This document shows, piece after piece, positions 45,225 through 54,011 of a stretch of DNA of 54,750 bases. The first letter of the stretch is position 1, and each line of letters begins with the position of its first letter. The DNA comes from a virus (lineage: Duplodnaviria > Caudoviricetes): IMG/VR virus record IMGVR_UViG_3300011113_000434, positions 1-54,750 of that record; one strand, 5' to 3'. Both the position numbers and the translations under genes were made by a program. The notes under the pieces were generated by a model. The model saw only the letters and a list, made by a program, of their open reading frames with translations, made no database searches and was not told the origin of the DNA.

Positions 45225-46937
45225 ATGGCAAAACTTTTTGGTTTCTCAATTAATGATCAAAGTGACGATACATCGAAATCATTAGTTGCCCCCGTCCCGC
45301 CTAATAATCAGGACGGGGTTGATTATTATATTCAAAGTGGTTTTTATGGTTCTTATGTTGATATTGAAGGTGTCTATAGAACCGAATTTGATTTAATTAG
45401 AAGATATAGAGAAATGGCATTGCACCCTGAGTGTGACAATGCCATTGAAGATGTTGTTAATGAAGCAATAGTTAGTGATCTCTACGATTCTCCTGTAGAG
45501 ATTGAACTATCAAACTTAAATGCTAGTGATAAGTTAAAAGAAAAAATTAGAGACGAATTCAAGTATATTAAAGAAATGCTTGACTTCGATAAAAAGTGTC
45601 ACGAAATTTTTAGAAATTGGTACGTTGATGGAAGACTTTTTTATCTTAAAGTAATCGATCTCAAGAATCCTCAACTTGGAATTCAGGATTTGAGATATAT
45701 TGATCCGATGAAGATGAAATATGTTCGTCAAGAAAAGGCATCAGATCAAAATAAAATTAATGCAATATATCAAAAATCGAATCCAGATAAAGTAGTTACT
45801 CCAGAAATTGAAGAATACTTCATCTATACACCAACACCAAATTATCCATCTGGTGCTTTAGCAGGATCTGCAAAAGGATCAGTAAAAATCGCAAAAGATG
45901 CGGTTACTTATTGCACTTCTGGATTAGTTGATAGAAATAAAAATACTGTTCTTTCATATCTCCACAAAGCGATCAAATCTCTCAATCAACTCAGAATGAT
46001 TGAAGATTCTCTGGTTATCTATCGTTTATCTCGTGCTCCAGAAAGAAGAATTTTCTATATTGATGTCGGCAATCTTCCTAAGGTAAAAGCAGAACAATAT
46101 CTTAAAGATGTTATGATGCGTTATCGTAATAAACTTGTTTATGATGCTAATACTGGTGAAGTTCGTGATGATCGTAAATTCATGTCCATGTTGGAAGATT
46201 TTTGGCTCCCAAGAAGAGAAGGTGGTCGTGGAACAGAAATTACTACACTCCCTGGTGGACAGAATCTTGGGGAACTTGCTGATATTGAGTATTTCCAAAA
46301 GAAACTTTATAGATCACTTGGAGTTCCAGAATCAAGAATTGCAGCCGATGGTGGATTTAATCTAGGACGTTCATCAGAAATTCTCCGCGATGAACTTAAG
46401 TTTGCTAAGTTTGTTGGTCGTTTAAGAAAGCGTTTTGCAAATCTTTTTAATGATCTTCTGAAGACACAATTGATCTTAAAAAATATTGTTAGCCCAGAAG
46501 ATTGGAAGTTGATGAGTGATCATATCCAATATGATTTCTTATATGACAATCAGTTTGCAGAATTAAAAGAATCCGAACTTATAAATGGACGATTAAGTAC
46601 GCTAGCAACAATAGAACCATATATTGGAAAATATTTTTCAACAGAATACGTGCGTAAGAAAATTCTTCGCCAAACTGATGCGGAGATTATTGAGATTGAT
46701 AATCAAATCAATGATGAGATTGAAAAAGGAATTATTCCAGATCCAAGTTCTGTTGATCCAATTACTGGACAACCATTACCGCCACAAGGAGAACAACCAA
46801 TGGATATGGGAGCTGGTGATTTAGGTCAAAATCCATCTTCTGATATTGGACAAGTTCCATCCGAACCAAATCTTGAATCTCAAGGTGCAGCAACAGATGC
46901 ACAAATGCAAAAAGATACTAAAAAGGCTGAGATATAA
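45225..46937 (+). CDS. g20: Portal vertex protein gp20
   Basis: WYVDGR, IYRLSRAPERRIFYIDVGNLPK.KAEQY, EDFWLPRREGGRGTEITTLPGG and RDELKF motifs. Confidence 0.98.
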   Translation: MAKLFGFSINDQSDDTSKSLVAPVPPNNQDGVDYYIQSGFYGSYVDIEGVYRTEFDLIRRYREMALHPECDNAIEDVVNEAIVSDLYDSPVEIELSNLNASDKLKEKIRDEFKYIKEMLDFDKKCHEIFRNWYVDGRLFYLKVIDLKNPQLGIQDLRYIDPMKMKYVRQEKASDQNKINAIYQKSNPDKVVTPEIEEYFIYTPTPNYPSGALAGSAKGSVKIAKDAVTYCTSGLVDRNKNTVLSYLHKAIKSLNQLRMIEDSLVIYRLSRAPERRIFYIDVGNLPKVKAEQYLKDVMMRYRNKLVYDANTGEVRDDRKFMSMLEDFWLPRREGGRGTEITTLPGGQNLGELADIEYFQKKLYRSLGVPESRIAADGGFNLGRSSEILRDELKFAKFVGRLRKRFANLFNDLLKTQLILKNIVSPEDWKLMSDHIQYDFLYDNQFAELKESELINGRLSTLATIEPYIGKYFSTEYVRKKILRQTDAEIIEIDNQINDEIEKGIIPDPSSVDPITGQPLPPQGEQPMDMGAGDLGQNPSSDIGQVPSEPNLESQGAATDAQMQKDTKKAEI

Positions 46938-46940
46938 ATA
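46933..46940 (+). promoter_or_regulatory. T4-type late promoter
   Basis: Exact TATAAATA overlapping the g20 stop. Confidence 0.8.
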
Positions 46941-46965
46941 ACTTATAGACAATAATATCAATTTT

Positions 46966-47148
46966 ATGGAAGAACTTATCGATTTGATTGCAACAGGATC
47001 TTCTGCATCCAATGTTAGTGACAAGATTAAGGAACTTTTGTACGCTAAAGCTGCTGAAAAAGTTAATCTAACTAGACCTGATGTTGCCGCTTCTTTATTT
47101 GGACAACCTGAAGTGAGTACTGATGAATACACCGAGGATGAAGAATAA
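46966..47148 (+). CDS. Small acidic prohead core protein (gp67-like by position)
   Basis: 60 aa with an acidic tail, directly after g20 as T4 g67 is. Confidence 0.6.
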   Translation: MEELIDLIATGSSASNVSDKIKELLYAKAAEKVNLTRPDVAASLFGQPEVSTDEYTEDEE

Positions 47149-47675
47149 TGGCGATAAAACTTGTACAAAATGTAAGCAGGGTTTCACCAACAGTTTCTGC
47201 AGCTGCAACCAGTAATCCCATTGCCCTAAAAAGCGGATATATTAGAGTATCCACAGGAGCAACTGGAGTATATGTAGAGACTGGTGGGAATCCTATTGTG
47301 TCAGTAAATTCTTTCCACGTTCCACCATATAGTGCTGAAGTTTTGAAAGAAAGAATTGCAAAACAACAAATTGCTGGGATAACTACTGGAACTTCAACAG
47401 TAGTTAGATTTTCAGAAAATGCAGGAAATCCATTTATAGTTGGTGATTATGTAACTATTGAAAATGCTCAACCAGCAGGTATTAATACTGTTCATCAACT
47501 AGTAAGTGCAACAACAGATTCTACTGTAACAATTTCAACTAATACATCATCAATTGTTGGTGTTATTACATATTTGGGTGCAACATTATCGAGAAGTGTA
47601 AAGGTTGGATCTCTTGCTGAGGCATCTGGAACAAATCTCAGCATTACAGAAATAGTTCAATTAGTCTCAGAATAA
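47148..47675 (+). CDS. Hypothetical virion-associated protein
   Basis: TAATG coupling; Ser/Thr/Gly-rich with NPF.VGDYVTI; lies between g20 and g21. Confidence 0.7.
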   Translation: MAIKLVQNVSRVSPTVSAAATSNPIALKSGYIRVSTGATGVYVETGGNPIVSVNSFHVPPYSAEVLKERIAKQQIAGITTGTSTVVRFSENAGNPFIVGDYVTIENAQPAGINTVHQLVSATTDSTVTISTNTSSIVGVITYLGATLSRSVKVGSLAEASGTNLSITEIVQLVSE

Positions 47676-47680
47676 AAAAA

Positions 47681-48331
47681 ATGAAACTCATCACAGAAGA
47701 AATCCAAAAGGTAGAATTTATCGTTGAAGGCAAAGGTGCCGCTAAGAAAATGTATATTGAAGGTGTATTCCTTCAAGGCAACATTTGTAATCGTAATGGT
47801 AGAATGTATCCTATGGAAACTCTTGCCCGTGAGGTAAAGAGATATGATGAAAGCTTTATTCAAAAAGGACGTGCTCTTGGTGAACTTGGACATCCTGATG
47901 GTCCAACCGTAAACCTTGATCGTGTTTCACATAAAATTGTTTCACTTACTCAAGAAGGAAACAATTTCAGGGGTAAAGCACAATTGCTGGAAACGCCAAT
48001 GGGTAAGATTGCTAAATCACTCATCGATGAAGGTGTTTGTCTTGGCGTTTCTTCTCGTGGTGTTGGTTCACTCAAGATGACCAATGAAGGTCATAAAATT
48101 GTTGGTGAAGATTTCATGTTAGCAACTGCTGCTGATATCGTTGCCGATCCTTCTGCACCTGACGCTTTTGTTCAGGGAATTATGGAGGGTAAAGAATGGG
48201 TTTGGGATGGTGGAATTCTTCGTGAAAAACTCGCTGAGCAAACACAAAGAAGAATCAATACTCTTGTTGATCAAAAAAGACTTGAAGAGCACAAGTTGAA
48301 TTTATTCAACGAGTTTCTTTCAAATCTATAA
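47681..48331 (+). CDS. g21: Prohead protease gp21
   Basis: MKLITE, IEG.FLQ...NRNGR.YP, ALGELGHP, GVSSRG.GS and D.VADPSAP.AFV motifs. Confidence 0.97.
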   Translation: MKLITEEIQKVEFIVEGKGAAKKMYIEGVFLQGNICNRNGRMYPMETLAREVKRYDESFIQKGRALGELGHPDGPTVNLDRVSHKIVSLTQEGNNFRGKAQLLETPMGKIAKSLIDEGVCLGVSSRGVGSLKMTNEGHKIVGEDFMLATAADIVADPSAPDAFVQGIMEGKEWVWDGGILREKLAEQTQRRINTLVDQKRLEEHKLNLFNEFLSNL

Positions 48332-48333
48332 TT

Positions 48334-48341
48334 TATAAATA
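48334..48341 (+). promoter_or_regulatory. T4-type late promoter
   Basis: Exact TATAAATA between g21 and g22. Confidence 0.8.
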
Positions 48342-48372
48342 AATATAGATTATATACAAAGATCTAAAACAA

Positions 48373-49488
48373 ATGTCCGTTGGTAGAAATTTACAAGAAA
48401 TGGAAAACGTAGTAACCAAAGGGGCTGCACCTGCCGAACCAATGCAAACTGGTACTGGGGCTATTACTCCAGGTCAAACTGGCGCTTGGGAAGATCTCGG
48501 CGGTCCTACTCCACAAGATTATACAAATGAGCCCAATGGCTCAGCAAAACTAAAGGATCCTTCAGCAACTCTTGCTCAAGTTAGAGATGTTGTAAATGCT
48601 AAAGCTGTTAAAGCCGAAGCAGTTAAAGAAGAAACTGAGGAAGAAGAAGATCTCGTCGACGAAGAAGTAGTTGATGGAGACGAAGAGGTATCTGCTGAAG
48701 AAGTTGAAGAAGAAGTAGTTGCTGAAGATGCCAACGAGAACACAGAAGAAGAGTTTGACATCGAAGAAGATGTTAATGCTCTTCTTGAAGGTGAAGAGCT
48801 TTCTGAAGAATTCCAAGAGAAAGCACGCACCATCTTTGAAGCAGCAATCAAATCAAGAGTTGCTGAAATCAAAGAATCACTTCAAGAGTCATATGCAGCA
48901 GCTCTTGTTGAGGAACTTGAGACGATCAAGTCCGAACTTACAGATAGAGTTGATGCATACCTAGAGTATGTTGCTGACGAGTGGATTTCTGAAAATGCAC
49001 TCGCAGTTGAGCACGGTCTTAAGACCGAAATGACCGAATCATTCCTTCAAGGAATGAAGAGTCTTTTTGAAGATCATTATGTTTCAATCCCTGAAGATAG
49101 ATATGATGTAATCGAGAGCATGGTAGATAAACTTGATGAAATGGAATCAAAACTCAACGAGCAAATCGAAAGAAACGTTGCTCTTAATAAGAGATTAGCA
49201 GAGTCGGTTGCCGATGTAATCTTTGCAGATGTCACTGAGGGTCTTGCACTTTCTCAGAAGGACAAACTCGCTTCTCTAGCAGAAAATGTTGAGTTTGAAA
49301 GTGAAGCAGACTATCGTGAGAAACTAGAAACACTGAGAAATTCTTATTTCCCAGCAAATACTAGTGCTCCTAAAAACGTAACTGAGAATCTTTCAGAAGA
49401 AGTAGCACAAGGAGAGATGATTGAAGAATCATACTCACCATCCATGAGTGCATATCTTTCGATGTTAGGTAAAGTTGCTAAAAAGTGA
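48373..49488 (+). CDS. g22: Prohead core scaffold protein gp22
   Basis: Highly acidic; LSEEF..KA.TIFEAA, VD.YL.YV..EW..EN and M..YL motifs. Confidence 0.95.
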   Translation: MSVGRNLQEMENVVTKGAAPAEPMQTGTGAITPGQTGAWEDLGGPTPQDYTNEPNGSAKLKDPSATLAQVRDVVNAKAVKAEAVKEETEEEEDLVDEEVVDGDEEVSAEEVEEEVVAEDANENTEEEFDIEEDVNALLEGEELSEEFQEKARTIFEAAIKSRVAEIKESLQESYAAALVEELETIKSELTDRVDAYLEYVADEWISENALAVEHGLKTEMTESFLQGMKSLFEDHYVSIPEDRYDVIESMVDKLDEMESKLNEQIERNVALNKRLAESVADVIFADVTEGLALSQKDKLASLAENVEFESEADYREKLETLRNSYFPANTSAPKNVTENLSEEVAQGEMIEESYSPSMSAYLSMLGKVAKK

Positions 49489-49545
49489 TTTTTAGATTAT
49501 AAAAACTCAAACAAATAACACTTTTTTTCCAAAGAGGTAAAACAA

Positions 49546-50958
49546 ATGCAAATGTTCAATGCAGAACATCTGCAGGAAAAGTGGGCACCACTGCTAGACT
49601 ATACAGGTCTTGATCCTATTAAGGATTCACATCGCAGAATGGTAACCGCTGTCCTGCTCGAAAACCAAGAAAACGCAATTCGTGAAGAGCGTGAGTTCCT
49701 TTACGAAGCACCAACCAACGGAACAGCTTCAGGTGCTAGTGGCGCTGGTTTTGGTGGTAGCGCACAAGGATTCAGCGCAGGTCCTACCGCAGGTTTCGAC
49801 CCTGTTCTGATCAGCCTAATCCGCCGTTCAATGCCAAACCTGATCGCTTACGATCTTTGTGGCGTTCAACCAATGAACGGTCCTACTGGACTGATCTTTG
49901 CAATGCGCTCACGCTACAGAAACCAAAGCGGAGCTGAGAGCTTCTACAACGAAGTTGATTCAGCATTCTCTGGTCAAGATAGCGGATTCAATGAGGTTAA
50001 CGGATATACTGACGGTACAGTTGGTATGGGTACTACCGCACAAGGCGGAAGCAACCCATCAATCCTTGATCCTTCTAACCAAACTGCTAACGCTGCAAGT
50101 GGCGCTAACCAGTATAACGTTGGTCAAGGACTCAGAACTGATTCTGCTGAATCTCTTGGAGAGAGCGATCAGTTCAACCAGATGGCATTCTCGATCGAGA
50201 AAGTCACTGTTACCGCTAAGTCACGTGCTCTGAAAGCTGAGTACAGCCTAGAACTGGCTCAGGACCTCAAGGCAATCCACGGTCTGAATGCTGAAGCGGA
50301 ATTAGCAAACATTCTCTCAACTGAGATTCTTGCTGAAATCAACCGCGAAGTTATCAGAACCATCTATAAGGTTGCTGAACCAGGTGCTCAGGTTAACACC
50401 GCTACTGCTGGTACTTTTGACCTCGACGTTGACTCCAACGGTCGTTGGTCGGTTGAGAAGTTCAAGGGTCTGATCTTCCAGATCGAGCGTGATGCAAACG
50501 CTATCGCCCAGAGAACTCGTAGAGGAAAGGGTAACATGATCCTCTGCTCTGCTGACGTTGCTTCGGCACTCACCATGGCAGGTGTTCTTGATTACACCCC
50601 TGCTCTCAACGCTAACCTCCAAGTCGATGATACTGGCAACACCTTCGCTGGTGTTCTCCAAGGTAAGTATCGTGTATATATTGACCCATATTCGGCAAAC
50701 GTTGCTGCAAACCAGTTCTACGTTGTCGGTTATAAGGGTTCCAGCCCATATGACGCTGGTCTCTTCTATTGCCCATATGTTCCTCTCCAAATGGTACGTG
50801 CCGTTGGTGAGAACACCTTCCAGCCAAAAATCGGGTTTAAGACTCGTTATGGCATGGTTGCGAACCCATTCGCTGAGGGTACTACCCAAGGTCAGGGCGC
50901 TCTTACAACTAACGCAAACCGTTACTACAGAAGAGTTAGAGTTCAAAACCTCATGTGA
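49546..50958 (+). CDS. g23: Major capsid protein gp23
   Basis: EKWAPLL, LLENQE, FDPVLISLIRR.MPNLIAYD.CGVQPM.GPTGLIFAMR, KSRALKAEY..ELAQDLKAIHG and YCPYVPL motifs; GAGG Shine-Dalgarno. Confidence 0.99.
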   Translation: MQMFNAEHLQEKWAPLLDYTGLDPIKDSHRRMVTAVLLENQENAIREEREFLYEAPTNGTASGASGAGFGGSAQGFSAGPTAGFDPVLISLIRRSMPNLIAYDLCGVQPMNGPTGLIFAMRSRYRNQSGAESFYNEVDSAFSGQDSGFNEVNGYTDGTVGMGTTAQGGSNPSILDPSNQTANAASGANQYNVGQGLRTDSAESLGESDQFNQMAFSIEKVTVTAKSRALKAEYSLELAQDLKAIHGLNAEAELANILSTEILAEINREVIRTIYKVAEPGAQVNTATAGTFDLDVDSNGRWSVEKFKGLIFQIERDANAIAQRTRRGKGNMILCSADVASALTMAGVLDYTPALNANLQVDDTGNTFAGVLQGKYRVYIDPYSANVAANQFYVVGYKGSSPYDAGLFYCPYVPLQMVRAVGENTFQPKIGFKTRYGMVANPFAEGTTQGQGALTTNANRYYRRVRVQNLM

Positions 50959-50977
50959 GTTTATTCACAGGTTTTCC

Positions 50978-51003
50978 AGAGGGTCTTCGGACCCTCTTTT
51001 TTT
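50978..51003 (+). terminator. Rho-independent terminator after g23
   Basis: AGAGGGTC-TTCG-GACCCTCT stem with a cUUCGg tetraloop followed by a T run. Confidence 0.93.
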
Positions 51004-51004
51004 A

Positions 51005-51012
51005 TCTAAATA
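51005..51012 (+). promoter_or_regulatory. Probable late promoter for g3
   Basis: TCTAAATA immediately after the terminator. Confidence 0.55.
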
Positions 51013-51025
51013 CAAATAAAAGATT

Positions 51026-51577
51026 ATGGCAACAAATATTCTTTCCAGACAGATTTCTAATCGCAATTTTCTTTCACCAATTGGGTTTAGATTTACGCTG
51101 GCAAGATTTCCTAAAGTATCTTTTTTCTCAAACTCAGCAAAAATTCCAGAAATTAGTTTACAAACATTAGTACAACCAACTTACTTAAAATCTCTTGATG
51201 TTCCAGGAAAACAATTGACCTTTGGAGATTTTACTCTAAGATTTTTGGTAGACGAAAATTTGGAAAATTATATGGCAATCCATAATTGGTTATATGGATT
51301 GGGAGCACCAGAATCTCTTCAACAATATGTTGATTTGATTGATGAGACTGGACAAGAAGATGAAAAAAAGGCATTTAGTGATGGAACTCTAAGAATTTTA
51401 AACAGCAATTACAGGGATATCGCTTTAGTAAAATTCAAAGACCTTTTTCCAACATCACTTAACTCATTGGATTTTGAAGCTCAGGAAACAGACATCAAAT
51501 ACTTTACAGCGGATGTAACTTTCAAGTATACTGTCTATACTATCACAAACGCAAACAACGAGAAATATGAACCTTGA
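51026..51577 (+). CDS. g3: Tail completion / tube terminator protein gp3
   Basis: NFLSP.GF.F, F.VDE.LENY..IH.W, SDGTL.ILNS and FP.SL..L.F motifs; follows g23 as in cyanomyoviruses. Confidence 0.9.
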   Translation: MATNILSRQISNRNFLSPIGFRFTLARFPKVSFFSNSAKIPEISLQTLVQPTYLKSLDVPGKQLTFGDFTLRFLVDENLENYMAIHNWLYGLGAPESLQQYVDLIDETGQEDEKKAFSDGTLRILNSNYRDIALVKFKDLFPTSLNSLDFEAQETDIKYFTADVTFKYTVYTITNANNEKYEP

Positions 51578-51998
51578 TGAAATTCAGGAGATGTGGCAGA
51601 GAGATTCTGTCATTGATCCTGATAATTTACACGATGAATCTTTAAAAATTCCCCAACTACATGCAAAGTATTATACAATCTATAATACAATTACTTTGTT
51701 GCGTGAAAAAGCAAGAGATACATTTAATAGAGTAAAGTTAGAAAGATACAACTACTACACTGGAAAGGCGCCTGTAGAGGTTTATGAGGAAGAACCTTTC
51801 CCATATAAGGTTAGAGATAAGGAAGCGTTACAGAGGCATATGGATGGGGATGAGAAGTTAAGTAAAATAGAACTAAAAATTAGATACTATGACATCATGC
51901 TGAAGTTTCTTGAAGAAGTTATTAAGACAATTTCAAATCGCACTTTTCAAATTAAAAATGCTATTGAATGGCACCGATTCCAGGCTGGGTTTAACTAA
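51567..51998 (+). CDS. uvsY: Recombination mediator UvsY
   Basis: W..D..ID...L..ES..IP.LH.KY, YY.GK and R.FQIKNAIEW..F.AG motifs. Confidence 0.92.
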   Translation: MNLDEIQEMWQRDSVIDPDNLHDESLKIPQLHAKYYTIYNTITLLREKARDTFNRVKLERYNYYTGKAPVEVYEEEPFPYKVRDKEALQRHMDGDEKLSKIELKIRYYDIMLKFLEEVIKTISNRTFQIKNAIEWHRFQAGFN

Positions 51999-52001
51999 AT
52001 A
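51994..52001 (+). promoter_or_regulatory. Probable late promoter
   Basis: ACTAAATA overlapping the uvsY stop, 20 nt before the ATG at 52022. Confidence 0.55.
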
Positions 52002-52021
52002 AAGATAAACTGTCTGTAAAA

Positions 52022-53986
52022 ATGAAGACGTTTGTAAAATTTATATCTGAGTGTTATTTTTTTCTAACCGAAGCTAAAAAAGAAGGTGGTCGTGGTGGCC
52101 CAGACTATGACTATGAGCAATCTTTTGTGAATCTCTATAATCATATGGCGTCCGATTCTAGTAAGAAAGGCGCTGAGATGAGAAAGCAATTTAGACTTGC
52201 TGTGTCCAAAGGTGATATGTTCACAGTTGTTGATTTAATTTCAAGAGAAATACAAAGAGCTCAAACAGACCCTTCATCACCTTTATATTTTGATAATCTA
52301 GACCCAACTGATCCTGGTTTTACTGGTGGAAAAAGATCTAAAACTGGAGAGGTTGAAGATAAAGAAGCGCACAGACAAGCATATTATGATAAATTAATGA
52401 ATCAACAATATTCATTATTGAATTTTGTTCAAAGTGAAAGTGGTAGAGGACAAGTAATTAATCGTGCTGTTGCACAAAGAGAAGGTGCTACTAAAGTTCC
52501 ACTAACAGCAAAAGGAAAGGAACTAACTGGAAAAGAACAAGATACATCTAAAGTTGATGTTTCATTTACTGGTAAAGATGGAAATACATATGGAATTTCC
52601 TTAAAAGATGCCAAAGGTGCTGTTGTTAATTCATCTGGATCGGAAGAAACAAAAGCATATATTCTTCTTGGAATGGATTCTCTGTTAAATCAGCAAGAGC
52701 AATCTGGAGAAATTACTCCAGAACAGAGAGCAGAAAAAGAAGCAATGGGCACTGAACTTGCCAATCAACTTGCTCTTTATATGGCAAGTACAAGAGGCAT
52801 GTCTAAAGAGCAACAGAAAGATGCCCTTGGACAAATGCAAGAGTATTTAAGTAGTATTGAATCGGTTGTTCCAGGAACTATGCAGGCCATGTCTGCTGAA
52901 GCAATTACTGGAAAAGGAAAATATGGTGATGCCAGCACTGTTGATGCTTTATTTTCTACTGGTAGGGGTGGAGAAGTTATTGAAGATCCTTCATGGTTGG
53001 CACAATATGTTTTTCAAAGAGGAAGACTTGGTAAAGGTCAAACCAAACCAAAAGAAGGTCCTAGAGTACAAAGACCAACCACTATTGCTGGCGATATCAA
53101 AAATTATAGAGATGCTGAAAACAAACCAGAAGATAGTGAATATCTAAGAAAGTGGAGAGATGAATGGGGTCAATCTGCATGGGAGAAAAAAATTGGCGGA
53201 TTTGAACCAGAAATTCAAGATGAAATAAGAAAACTTCAAGGAACTGGTCAATTTAGTTTACGTGATTTATATAATTATGAACAACAAGATACTCAGGTTA
53301 AGCAATTGAAATCATTTGATCAATTCCAGCAAGATGCACAATCTTCAGAAAAAGATTTAATCTCTAAGCAAAAACAATATGATGCTACTGCAGCAGAAGT
53401 TGAAAAGGCTTCAGTACCTATTGATCCAGAAACTGGAAAAGAAGTTCTACATCAACGTAGACCAAATTTAAAAGCATTTATGGCAAGCAATCCAACATCA
53501 AAGGTTGCTCAAGTTAATAATGAAAGGCAGCAACAAGCTCAAGCAAAATTAACACAAGCACAGAGCGAACTTGACAATGCTTCTGCAATACACCAATCAA
53601 ATCAATCTAATTTAGACACTGTAGCATCTTCTATACAAGCACAACAACAGGCAGCAGCAGAAAAAGAACAACAACCAACTCAAACTCCAACCACAAATAA
53701 TCAACAACAGCAACAACAAACAACACAATTACCTCCTCAAGAAACACCACAACCAGAGCAACCTAAAAAACCAACACAACAAACTCAGCAAGTTGCACAA
53801 TCACAACCTGCAACACCAGAACCAACCCAACAGCAGCAACAACCAATTGCAACTACACAACAACCAACACCAACACCAACAGAAAAACCAACACCAACAG
53901 AAAAACCAATACAAGAACCTCAAAAAAAGAAAAGAAACGGAAAAGAACAAATCCAACCTGAAACTACTCAAACTCAACCACAATAA
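52022..53986 (+). CDS. Putative internal head protein with a PD-(D/E)xK-like domain and Q/P/T-rich tail
   Basis: Begins MKTFVKFISE; contains TSKVDVSF...YGISLKDAKG; the last ~150 aa are low-complexity Q/P/T. Confidence 0.6.
   Translation: MKTFVKFISECYFFLTEAKKEGGRGGPDYDYEQSFVNLYNHMASDSSKKGAEMRKQFRLAVSKGDMFTVVDLISREIQRAQTDPSSPLYFDNLDPTDPGFTGGKRSKTGEVEDKEAHRQAYYDKLMNQQYSLLNFVQSESGRGQVINRAVAQREGATKVPLTAKGKELTGKEQDTSKVDVSFTGKDGNTYGISLKDAKGAVVNSSGSEETKAYILLGMDSLLNQQEQSGEITPEQRAEKEAMGTELANQLALYMASTRGMSKEQQKDALGQMQEYLSSIESVVPGTMQAMSAEAITGKGKYGDASTVDALFSTGRGGEVIEDPSWLAQYVFQRGRLGKGQTKPKEGPRVQRPTTIAGDIKNYRDAENKPEDSEYLRKWRDEWGQSAWEKKIGGFEPEIQDEIRKLQGTGQFSLRDLYNYEQQDTQVKQLKSFDQFQQDAQSSEKDLISKQKQYDATAAEVEKASVPIDPETGKEVLHQRRPNLKAFMASNPTSKVAQVNNERQQQAQAKLTQAQSELDNASAIHQSNQSNLDTVASSIQAQQQAAAEKEQQPTQTPTTNNQQQQQQTTQLPPQETPQPEQPKKPTQQTQQVAQSQPATPEPTQQQQQPIATTQQPTPTPTEKPTPTEKPIQEPQKKKRNGKEQIQPETTQTQPQ
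53530..53986 (+). repeat. Low-complexity CAA/ACA/CCA-rich coding tract
   Basis: Encodes QQQQ, QPT and PTPTEK repeats. Confidence 0.8.
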
Positions 53987-54010
53987 ATACCCATAGATTC
54001 ATTATGGGTA
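53982..54010 (+). promoter_or_regulatory. Late promoter overlapping a hairpin in front of uvsW
   Basis: AATAAATA(53982-53989) overlaps the 5' arm of TACCCATA(53988-53995)/TATGGGTA(54003-54010), which ends 1 nt before the ATG at 54012. Confidence 0.65.
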
Positions 54011-54011
54011 C

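Noticed and set aside
50317-50946. 209-aa minus-strand ORF
   Set aside because: It is antisense to g23, and the strong codon bias of g23 removes stops on the opposite strand. No recognisable motifs.
40381-50958. Introns or inteins in g17, g18, g20 or g23
   Set aside because: All are uninterrupted, of expected length and lack splicing or homing endonuclease motifs.
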